Positions 1-8,660 of a stretch of 64,000 nucleotides of DNA are shown here, one piece after another. Each line of letters starts with the position of its first letter. Positions within the stretch are counted from its first letter, which is position 1. Position numbers and translations under genes: made by a program. Source of the stretch: an uncultured Methanosarcinaceae archaeon (GTDB taxonomy: Archaea; Halobacteriota; Methanosarcinia; Methanosarcinales; Methanosarcinaceae); the NCBI GenBank assembly GCA_963733675.1, contig CAVTET010000004.1, positions 544,001 through 608,000 of the forward strand, given 5' to 3'. The notes below the pieces were generated by a model. The model did not search any database. It saw nothing but the letters and a program-made list of their open reading frames with translations, and had not been told where the DNA came from.

Positions 1-288
1 TCATTCAGTCTGACTTAATATTACTTATATTAATCACTCTATTTGAGATTCGAAAACAGCTTTTATGAGTAGTCCCATGAAACCATTTTTAATTTATCAA
101 AGCGAAATATATCCTAGTCAATTGTTTTTGGGACCGGATAGTCCTTTCCGAATTGATTTTATTGCAACATGATCCAGCAATTTAGAATTAACAACGAAAT
201 TAGAGAGGATTTCGATAATCTCCTAAATATTGAGATTAGATTGAGATTTTTCGCTTAGATATATTTAAAGTTTTCTTTGGTTCCAGCC

Positions 289-328
289 CTGCACCTAAAG
301 TCCTATTTTAGCTCGACTTTAGGTGCAG
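289..328. repeat. Perfect 14-bp inverted repeat (CTGCACCTAAAGTC / GACTTTAGGTGCAG) with further degenerate TTAGGTG copies downstream
   Basis: Arms at 289-302 and 315-328 read directly; similar half-sites near 336-348 and 353-364; CTTTGGTTCCA direct repeat at 275-285 and 370-380. Confidence 0.8.
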
Positions 329-555
329 AAATTAGACATTAGGTGCAAAATGTACTTTAGGTGAACAGCCTTTGGTTCCATTAATTTCGAATTTTCATCA
401 GTTCTGAGATCATTTCCAAAAATTAGAAGAATATCTAAAAATTATTTTAATGTAATGAAGTAGTTGATTATAATGACGAAAAATGACTCACACCTGGTAT
501 AATACCTTCAGTTTACTCTATATACCTCTTAATGATTTAGTATCGTTGATATAAC

Positions 556-694
556 CGATATTCTACAGATGTACACATATTTGGAATTTGTTTGCCTATT
601 TGCCAACTATTAATTTATGGAAGTTAAATTAATTTTTAAGCTGCGGTTATATTGAGAAAAGATATGGCATCCTTGTGCGCATCCGCAGAAAGTA
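556..694. mobile_element. MITE family A copy (TIR core CTGCAGATGTACACA), degenerate
   Basis: Alignable along its length with 14888-15025 and, reversed, with 6327-6460; terminal inverted repeats; no convincing ORF. Confidence 0.65.
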
Positions 695-739
695 GGATTA
701 AAGAAAGATATGGTAAAAATCAAAATTTCAGTGGCATAC

Positions 740-1030
740 CCTCATTGCAAGCAGCTGGGAATGTTCACAATGCAGCTCTGGATATAAGGAATTTATTCAG
801 AATCAAATTTTTTAATTTACTTCTATTGATACTTTCACACCATTGTTCCCTGATTTCAAATATTTTTTAATGAACCGAAGGTTGTACGATCACCAACATT
901 CCAATATAACCTCTATGACCTCCAAAGGCTAACTACACTAAATCTTTTTTGATCTCAGACCATTCTTTAAAGATTTGTCTTGCTGTGATAATTCTCATAG
1001 TATGTATCTATCATCTCCCTCGATTTCATT
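740..1030 (-). pseudogene. IS200/IS605 TnpA (Y1 transposase) remnant, 3' part
   Basis: Shares blocks (gctctggatataa..attcagaatcaaa; caccaacattccaatat) with the tnpA remnants at 46.1 and 46.9 kb; many stops; ends approximate. Confidence 0.55.
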
Positions 1031-1906
1031 AGTAATTTAGAAATCTAAATAATTCAGGAGTCTTTCAGGATTTTATAACAAAGTCTAACATTAATTCGAT
1101 ATCTTAAACAAACTTCAGAAAATATTTGAGTCAAAAAAATAAATAAACGAAAGGAATCTATAAAATTTTATTAAAAAGAGTTAAAAATGATATCTAAAAA
1201 GGGGGACTTGAACTTATTAAACATTTCATAGGTTTGTAATTTAATTAGTCAAAGATGATAATAATACGCTTAATTAAGATATAATATACTCCAATATCCA
1301 ATCAAAATAAACTTTTATTTCGTAATATTATATAAGTAGGAGTTATAATATCCTAAAAAGAACTAAAACAGAAATATTTTAGAAATAGATATTCAAGATA
1401 ATAAGTAGTTCCTATAAAATCCTCAAAAACTACTATTTGTAAGAAAAACTAATTCTATAGACTTTATATAATTTAATATATATAGTTAGATATAGTCACT
1501 GGCAAGCAAAAATTAGACTTTTATGGGTCAAAACAAAGAAAGAATGCCAGATAATTTAGCAAAAAAATGCTTAAGTTATATAACTTGAGGGGGGTATTAT
1601 AAGAAGCATTATCTGCAAACATTTCTTGAAGACTTAAGGAGTGTAGTTCAGCAAAGGATACACAAAATAAGCATGGAAGGAAAATAAATAAGGAAGGAAC
1701 ATAAATAAGCACGAAAAAACCAGACGTGCGGAGGGATAATATGTTTACCTTCAATATAAAGATGAATCAATTGTTTAATACAGCAACAGCACACGATCTA
1801 GCACTCAGATTCCATATTTAATCTTAATTACTAACAGTTAAAATTCAGTTGAGCAATTAGCACATAAAAATTACATGAGCGACAACCTAAAGGGGGGAAA
1901 ATTTAA

Positions 1907-1990
1907 ATGACTTATTTGGGTTTCAATTTTCAGTGCCTTAAAACGAAGCTTGATATGACAAGAGCCAGAGTTATTCAGAGTACGGACTGA
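1907..1990 (+). CDS. 27-aa microprotein, array copy 1 (MTYLGFNFQCLKTKLDMTRARVIQSTD)
   Basis: Translated by hand; GGGGGG RBS-like motif upstream; synonymous-biased differences to sister copies. Confidence 0.7.
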   Translation: MTYLGFNFQCLKTKLDMTRARVIQSTD

Positions 1991-2127
1991 TAAAGCTACA
2001 AAAGCCATTCAGGGAAATCAGTTTAAGAAGAGCTACCAGAAACAGAAGTTCAAACATTAACACTGATAGTATAGTTCTCAAACATAAGGAAAAAACTAAC
2101 TAGAAATACAATATGGGGGAAATTTAA

Positions 2128-2211
2128 ATGACTTATCTAGGTTTTAATTTTCAGTGCCTTAAAACGAAGCTTGATATGACAAGAGCCAGAGTAATTCAGA
2201 GTTGCGACTAA
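2128..2211 (+). CDS. 27-aa microprotein, array copy 2 (MTYLGFNFQCLKTKLDMTRARVIQSCD)
   Basis: Translated by hand; GGGGG motif upstream; TAA stop. Confidence 0.7.
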   Translation: MTYLGFNFQCLKTKLDMTRARVIQSCD

Positions 2212-2348
2212 ACCCACAAAAGCCATTGAGAAAAATCAGTGTAAGAAGAGTTACCATAAACATAAATTCAAGCCTTAACACTGAGAGAATAGCTCTCAAA
2301 CATAAAGAAATGTTGACAGAGACGCACTAAGAGACGGGGGAAATTTAA

Positions 2349-2432
2349 ATGACTTATCTAGGTTTTAATTTTCAGTGCCTTAAAACGAAGCTTGATATGA
2401 CAAGAGCCAGAGTAATTCAGAGTTGCGACTAA
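2349..2432 (+). CDS. 27-aa microprotein, array copy 3 (identical to copy 2)
   Basis: Translated by hand; GGGGG motif upstream. Confidence 0.7.
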   Translation: MTYLGFNFQCLKTKLDMTRARVIQSCD

Positions 2433-2575
2433 ACCCACAAAAGCCATTGAGAAAAATCAGTGTAAGAAAAGTTGCCAGAAACGTAAATTTAAGGCTTAAT
2501 ACTGATTGTAGACGTCTCAAACATAAGGAAAAGATGGACAGAGACGCACTAAAAGAGAGAAGGGGGAAAATTTAA

Positions 2576-2659
2576 ATGACTTATTTAGGTTTTAATTTTC
2601 AGTGCCTTAAAACGAAGCTTGATATGACAAGAGCCAGAGTCATTCAGAGTACGGACTGA
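2576..2659 (+). CDS. 27-aa microprotein, array copy 4 (same peptide as copy 1)
   Basis: Translated by hand; differs from copy 1 only at synonymous sites (Leu4 TTA, Phe6 TTT, Val22 GTC). Confidence 0.7.
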   Translation: MTYLGFNFQCLKTKLDMTRARVIQSTD

Positions 2660-2795
2660 TAAAGCTACAAAAGCCATTCAGGGAAATCAGTTTAAGAAGA
2701 GTTACTAGAAACATAAGTTCAAAGCTTAACACTGATTGTAGAGGTATGAAACATAAGGAAAGATAAATCAGAAATACAAGACGGGGGAAATTTAA

Positions 2796-2879
2796 ATGAC
2801 TTATTTAGGTTTTAATTTTCAGTGCCTTAAAACGAAGCTTGATATGACGAGAGCCAGAGTAATTCAGAGTTGCGACTAA
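2796..2879 (+). CDS. 27-aa microprotein, array copy 5 (same peptide as copy 2)
   Basis: Translated by hand; differs from copy 2 only at synonymous sites (Leu4 TTA, Thr18 ACG). Confidence 0.7.
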   Translation: MTYLGFNFQCLKTKLDMTRARVIQSCD

Positions 2880-2926
2880 ACCCACAAAAGCCATTGAGAG
2901 AAATCTATGTCAGGGATTTACTGGAA

Positions 2927-3044
2927 TAGGACTTACGCACTAGAAATATAAATTTAAGTACAATATACATTTTGATTTGAAGCATATTTCAGACAATTGA
3001 AGGTTTAATGCTATTAATTTACAAGTTTAACTGCGTGAGTCCTA
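2927..3044. mobile_element. MITE family B (118 bp, TIR TAGGACTTACGCA / TGCGTGAGTCCTA) inserted in array spacer 5
   Basis: 13-bp TIR with 1 mismatch; flanks ctggaa/caggaa resemble a target duplication; absent from spacers 1-4. Confidence 0.8.
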
Positions 3045-3136
3045 CAGGAACATAAGTTCAAAACCTAACCCTGATTTTTGACGGCTGAAGAATAAAAAGG
3101 ATAAAAAGAGATGCATTAAAAAGAGGGGGAATTTAA

Positions 3137-3220
3137 ATGGATTTGACGTTTTTTGATTCTTTGAACCTTAAAAATATTAATAATCTAAACAATGTCATTG
3201 GCCGCCAATGGGGTTACTGA
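3137..3220 (+). CDS. 27-aa microprotein, diverged array copy 6 (MDLTFFDSLNLKNINNLNNVIGRQWGY)
   Basis: Same GGGGGAATTTAAATG head, exactly the same 84-nt length, same post-stop acccacaaaa context. Confidence 0.6.
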   Translation: MDLTFFDSLNLKNINNLNNVIGRQWGY

Positions 3221-3269
3221 ACCCACAAAAACAATTGAGAGAATTTGGTGTCGACATATTTGCTAGAGA

Positions 3270-3385
3270 TACCACTTATGCATTAGTAATATAAATTAAG
3301 GTACAACTTACGTTTTAATTTGAAACATATTTCTGAAGGTTGAAGGTCAAGGCTATAATTTTCACGTTTAATTGTGTAAGTTCTA
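3270..3385. mobile_element. MITE family B, degenerate copy in array spacer 6
   Basis: Colinear with 2927-3044 (cacttatgca...tgtgtaagttcta), at the same position within the unit. Confidence 0.7.
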
Positions 3386-3479
3386 TAGAAACATAAATTT
3401 AAAATGTGACCCTGATTGTAGACGACTGAAAAATAAAGAAAAGATGAAAAGAGATACATTAAAAGAAGAGAAAATTTCA

Positions 3480-3578
3480 ATGTACTTCCTATCTCTTGAT
3501 TTTTTTGAACCTAAAAGTCATCTTGATCTGATAAAATTCAGAGTGTCATTAAGTGAGCTAAATAAGGCCAAAAATTAA
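3480..3578 (+). CDS. 32-aa microprotein, diverged array copy 7 (MYFLSLDFFEPKSHLDLIKFRVSLSELNKAKN)
   Basis: 3' part of track ORF 3372..3578; ungapped alignment to copies 1-5 with M1, L4, F8, K12, L15, D16, R21, V22, S25 identical. Confidence 0.55.
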   Translation: MYFLSLDFFEPKSHLDLIKFRVSLSELNKAKN

Positions 3579-3629
3579 CATTAAAGAAGTCAATATAAAA
3601 GTATATATAAAAATTGATCGAACGTATTC

Positions 3630-3652
3630 AGTTGCCTGCAGAGCAGGCAACT
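3630..3652 (+). terminator. 10-bp perfect hairpin downstream of the microprotein array; possible terminator or 3' stem
   Basis: AGTTGCCTGC-AGA-GCAGGCAACT followed by T-rich sequence, ~50 nt after the last ORF; function inferred. Confidence 0.4.
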
Positions 3653-3959
3653 TTAAATTTCCATTTACTATACCAGATTCGTGACACTAAAGACAACATT
3701 TATTGTAATTTGTACTTCACTAACTAGTAGTCGATAATTCCAAAAGCAGATCTACTTCTTTTAATCCATTAAACGATGATATTCGACATAACTAACTGTA
3801 TTCTGCTTCAGTAAATGGAATAATGACTCCTTAAAAATCCCCTCTAGATTGGTCTTATAAGGTTAAATTCGAATCTAAAAACTCGAGTCTACAAGCTTAA
3901 TTAAAAGTTATTTGCATCTCATAAATAAGAGGATTTCTACAGAGCCAAAAGATATAAAG

Positions 3960-4500
3960 GAATGATTCGAAATAAGATCTTTTCATTTTAGATGCTTCAT
4001 TTTCTTCCTGATTTCTCTGATTTTCAATATAGTTTTGAAAGTTCGTCGGGAGTTGTAACATTGCCAACGATTCAAATGCAACTTCAATCACCACACAGTT
4101 CGCTATTAATAACTGTTTTTCAATCTCATATTATTTTTTAAAGATCTTCCTTGCTTGATACTTTTTATAATCTACCTTACTCTTGAAGGGGGATATTTTA
4201 ATCCAGCACAAACGTAAAAATGTACATGACCAACATCATTAAAAATTGCATAGACTCAAAAAAATATATTACCAATTTCAAAGCATATAAACTTCAATAG
4301 TTGATGATGTCATTGTCTAGAAGAAATTTTTTATGATACAACATATCGAAAACCATTTGATATCCTATTTAATAGGCACGATGATTTGTATGATTTATTC
4401 CATTTTAGAGCACAAAAATAGTTTAAATATGAATCCGTGATTTAATAAAGGTTCTCTGAAAAGTTTCTATCTCCGCAGCAAGCTTCTGGATATTCAACTG
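3960..4500 (-). pseudogene. IS200/IS605 TnpA remnant
   Basis: Minus strand retains NYIENQRNQEE tail and an HVHF (HUH-like) motif; end hairpin remnant ccgcagcaagcttctgg at ~4473. Confidence 0.6.
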
Positions 4501-5000
4501 GAACCAAGATGGGAGAATAGAGTTATCAAAATAGTATGTGTCAAGTGAAAATGAATTATGACACATGAAAAATGAGTCAAGGTTACAACTTTAAGATACA
4601 AACTTCCAGTAAAATTATTCCTGAATTATGAATAAAATTCAACTAAGAAAGAAATCTAACGCTTCAAGTCAATTAATAGATACATAAACTCTAAAAATAT
4701 AATCAAAAAAATCACAACGTGGTTTATTGGCGACTATACATAATTTCTACGTCATAACCCTACAACATTGAATTTTTTAGAGAAATTTATAAAAAAATAA
4801 GATTGAGAGATATGAACCAAGTTTTTTCGTGTCACTATTGAAGGAAAAATATAATTAATAAGAGGAATCATTCTAAGCTACAACAAATCAAACCTGCCGA
4901 AAATTGAGCATCTGAAGTAATTAAAAGTTAGACAGGTCAATGAAATCGCAGCACAACTATAAGGAACAGCTAGAGATGATATATTTAAATACTTCAACCC

Positions 5001-6245
5001 TCAAGAAAACATTTTGCTAAAAATTGATGCTTTAAAATCTACCAGGAGCTTGAGCCTGTAATCCTCAAGAAGCACCTTGCGAGTGTTTTCTAGGGGAACG
5101 CTGAGAGAAATCTCTTTTGTCCGGCCATAACGACCTTTGCTTACGACCACTGCGTTGACTATTCCCAGCATATCAAGTTCAGACATCAGGTCAGTAACCC
5201 TGCGTTGTGTAAGGATATCTACGTCAATGTGATGACAGAGTTGGCGATATACATTATACATTTCTCCTGTTGTAACATTTTTACCCTCTCGGCCTCGATT
5301 TCGCAGCAAGATAATACTATATAGCACGAGTTTAGACTGCGTGGGGAGAGTCCTTACGACTTCCACTACACGATCGATTTCAATCTTTTCCTGAGCACGT
5401 CTGACATGCTCTTCAAGAACCTTGGGCTGGTCTTCCCTTTCTGCAATTTCCCCTGACACACGTAAAAGGTCCAGTGCGCGACGAGCATCACCGTGTTCCT
5501 GGGCTGCAAAAGCAGCACATAGTGGAATTACCATCTCGCCCAGTACACCATCATTGTAAGCCATTTTTGCCCTTTGTTTCAAGATGTCACTGATTTGCTC
5601 AGCATCATAAGGAGGAAAAATTAATTCCTCCTCACCCAGGGAACTTTTAACCCTTGGATCCAGAAACTCAGTGAATTTTAGATCGTTTGAGACCCCGATC
5701 ATACTCACCTTGGCTTTCTGCAAATCTGTATTAATTCTGGAAAGGTTATAGAGGACATCATCACCTTTTTTGATCAGCTTGTCGATCTCATCCAGAATTA
5801 TGATAACAACCTGCTCTCTGTAATCAATTGCTTCCTTAAACTTAGTGAAGACCTGATCAGTTGGCCAGCCAGTCATAGGAACATCTTCTTCGAACTGTCT
5901 AGCAAGATTGGCAAGTAGTCGATATTGAGTATCAATAACTTCGCAATTGATGTACACAACAGAGCAAAAAATTGATTTATCTTCACTTACCCTCTCAAGT
6001 TCCTTTCCCACATAGCGAGTAACAGCGGTCTTCCCTGTCCCTGTTTTACCATAGATCAGCACATTAGAAGGTGTTTCACCCCTTAGTGCAGAAACCAGTA
6101 TCGTTGCAAGGCCATTGATCTGCTCATTCCGGTGTAATAAAAGGTCAGGCGTGTAGGAAGGCCGAAGAACTTCTTTATTTTTAAAAATTGATTTCCCGTC
6201 AAGCAATTTTTCGAATAAGCCATCTAAAGATTGAGTTTTTATCAT
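5001..6245 (-). CDS. cdc6: Orc1/Cdc6 replication initiator
   Basis: Walker A GKTGTGKT, Walker B ILDEID, HGDARRALDLLR, winged-helix end GRYGRTKEI. Confidence 0.98.
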   Translation of the reverse strand: MIKTQSLDGLFEKLLDGKSIFKNKEVLRPSYTPDLLLHRNEQINGLATILVSALRGETPSNVLIYGKTGTGKTAVTRYVGKELERVSEDKSIFCSVVYINCEVIDTQYRLLANLARQFEEDVPMTGWPTDQVFTKFKEAIDYREQVVIIILDEIDKLIKKGDDVLYNLSRINTDLQKAKVSMIGVSNDLKFTEFLDPRVKSSLGEEELIFPPYDAEQISDILKQRAKMAYNDGVLGEMVIPLCAAFAAQEHGDARRALDLLRVSGEIAEREDQPKVLEEHVRRAQEKIEIDRVVEVVRTLPTQSKLVLYSIILLRNRGREGKNVTTGEMYNVYRQLCHHIDVDILTQRRVTDLMSELDMLGIVNAVVVSKGRYGRTKEISLSVPLENTRKVLLEDYRLKLLVDFKASIFSKMFS

Positions 6246-6326
6246 GAACGACCCTCTAAAGGTTAATGAAATAAGAGACCTAATGAATTAAGACAATTGA
6301 TTTAAATTTGATATTTATAATGTAAT

Positions 6327-6460
6327 CCATTTTCTGCAGATGTACACAAGAATGCCATTCATTTTCTCAATATGATAGCAGTTTAAAATTAATCTAACTT
6401 CCAATGAATAATAATCTGGAACATACAAACAAATTTATACATTTAAATATACAGCAGAAT
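6327..6460. mobile_element. MITE family A copy (reverse orientation) in the cdc6 upstream region
   Basis: Begins ccattttctgcagatgtacacaagaatgccatt, the reverse complement of the end of the 14888-15025 copy. Confidence 0.65.
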
Positions 6461-7264
6461 GTAAAATGTAAATAACTTATATTGAATTTTAATTAACAAT
6501 TGCCATCACAAGTTTAATTAATTGAAAATCTTGTTTAGAATTTCTTGTTTATGGGATAGGGGACTCTTCATATATTTAGGTCGATATACAGCTACTATTA
6601 ATATGTTTATTAATACATTATTTATTTGGAAAGGTATACTATCATATTTTTCAGACTCTCAGCTGCAGAATGAACCTACAAATTTTAATTTCAAATTTGC
6701 AGGATTTTTGGAAATCAAATTTCCTACAAAGATAATCTTTAAATAAATATCTTTAAACTTTACCTGCTTCCCGAAGCCATGTAAAGTCCCTTCAGACTGC
6801 CATGAATCCATAGCTATAGAATGTACTTCTTTACATAACTTTTTGTTCAAATATTTTTAGACGATGAAAATCAAATTTTTCGACAATCTAAAGTTATAGT
6901 AGCTGGGGGGATTTTGCTAAACCTCTGATTTTCACGAATTAATTATATATTATTCATAAATATATGACAAAATTGAGGAGGTTATCTAAATTCTCCTAGA
7001 ATAATACAATAGCTTTTTCTGCATGACTTTCCAATAGTTAATTTGCCACACATGGTTACTTAAAATTCATATAGTTATAACATTAGAATATATATAGGGA
7101 TGAAATGTTATACACCTTAAAGCGCTACCAGGACTTGATAAAACCCGTATTACATATTTTCTTTTATCAAATCTTTAGATGAAACTGATATATCAGCTCA
7201 TAATTTTAATCTATAATTGCAGTAGATGCAATGGAAGTACACCGTATTAATAGTTATGGTAATG

Positions 7265-7287
7265 ACCCGTCTATTTCCACTGGAAAG
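7265..7287 (-). promoter_or_regulatory. ORB (origin recognition box); candidate oriC upstream of cdc6
   Basis: Minus strand CTTTCCAGTGGAAATAGACGGGT matches archaeal ORB core TTCCAGTGGAAA plus G-string; ~1 kb upstream of cdc6 in AT-rich noncoding DNA; weaker ORB-like sites near 7396 and 8920. Confidence 0.7.
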
Positions 7288-8399
7288 CACCTTTGATTTA
7301 AAAAATTACTAAATAATCACACTCTAGAGAGAAGTAGACATATAAAATAATGGATCGTAATTCCAAAAATATTGAAAATCTAATTTAAACCTACATTTCT
7401 AATGGAAATGAATATAACATTTTTCGGTTTTATTACTCCGATTCAAAGAATAAAATTTTTTACCGAAACTATAGCTGATTTTACATAGCTCAATTTCTTT
7501 ATTTAGATTTAAAGATTTTGAGTCTTTTCTATATTATTTAGTTATTGCAGCCAATTGCTAGTGTAACTAATGGTAAATTTTTACGATCCCCGAAGATACT
7601 AACAAGTCTCAAGATTCAACACTTTATCTAGACAATCAACGTTCCGAAGGAAAATTATGTAGTCACTCACAAGGCAGTTACCTGAATAGGTACGAACCCC
7701 CTATTCCATCCATCACAGATTGACAGTTACCTTTTCCCTAAGTTCCTATGTCCTTTGTACCATCGATTTCTTCACATATTTCCCCTTTTTGGATTAAAAA
7801 GAGACAAATCGGGCTTACCAAGTGTGATATCATAAATAATTGTACGTGCCTCAGATACTATCTATATATAAGGAGGCTTCTACCCATTTGCTGCAGTGAG
7901 TAACGAACCAGACAGCTATTTTTCCTACCTACTTGTCCAAGAACTTAATTCCGATTTCGATTATTCAACTTAAGAGCCTTATCAAATTTTAAAAAATTTT
8001 CCTTCATGATATTTTCATCATGTCAAATAATCCGAATTAGACTTCTAAATTTTTCTACGCTGTCATATGAGCTTGAAATATCAGCATCAATGCCAATGCA
8101 CTTTAAAGTAGGATTACTACAAATGGGAAAAGTGACACACAAGCAATTCATAGTATAATTTATTGGCAACCCATTAAATATTTGATTTTTATGATTAAAT
8201 GTCCATCTTGATAAATGCTTTCGTTTTCACGAGTTGGAACATGTCTGCTCTAACCTCACATAAGTGCGGAATATTTAGAATAAATTAAACTATTTTTATT
8301 GCAACTTTAATATATTGTGTAGCTAGTTTCTAATATTATTCAGATAACTTGAAAATAAAGAGTATTACTTGAGTTTTTTAAATCTTAATTGAATACAAC

Positions 8400-8660
8400 A
8401 GGTATTTTAAACATAATGATTACTTCAGCTTCAGGCTTGCCTCAGAAAACTTTTTTGTTAAAATATATGGGCTCAAAAATAATACGAAGAGATTTCAATC
8501 AATTGAGAAATCAATTTTTGTAAATTGATCTACAACTGACTGCAGAAGTTTGTATTATTCGTTGAGACCAAAATCAGTAAAATTTTTCACGAGTAAAAAT
8601 TAATGTTAATATATTAAAAGGTCTCCAATGCTCAAATGCATAGGAGTTCATCGAAATTCT
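8400..8660 (-). mobile_element. IS5-family element remnant (5' end)
   Basis: Colinear with 33905-34160 and 57930-58190; ends in TIR-like gagttcatcgaaattctc. Confidence 0.65.

Larger units (their letters stand above)
1891..3578 (+). repeat. Tandem array of seven ~221-bp units (5 near-identical, 2 diverged), each with RBS-like motif + microprotein ORF + spacer
   Basis: ATGs at 1907, 2128, 2349, 2576, 2796, 3137, 3480 (spacing 221, 221, 227, 220, 341, 343; the last two include a ~118-bp MITE); conserved head GGGGGAAATTTAAATG. Confidence 0.95.

Noticed and set aside
652-1754. Track ORFs 652..870 and 1521..1754
   Set aside because: The first spans MITE and tnpA debris; the second has no RBS or motif support in AT-rich DNA
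1907-2879. Antisense frame as the source of the third-position variation
   Set aside because: The minus-strand frame sharing third positions contains TAA and TGA stops within the conserved block
1891-3130. Repeats as ORB/iteron origin elements because of G-strings near cdc6
   Set aside because: No TTCCAGTGGAA core; the G-run sits at RBS distance from a conserved ATG; a proper ORB lies on the other side of cdc6
3372-3479. 5' part of track ORF 3372..3578
   Set aside because: Starts inside a MITE end and runs through spacer sequence; the homologous start is ATG 3480
1891-3578. CRISPR array interpretation
   Set aside because: Units are ~221 bp, the variable parts are homologous to each other rather than unique spacers, and no cas genes are in the window
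4493-4514. ORB-like TTCAACTGGAACC..GGG
   Set aside because: Coincides with the end of an IS200 remnant and matches the core poorly
7650-8300. Higher-GC patch that looks like a decayed gene or IS
   Set aside because: Could not assign any family motif with confidence
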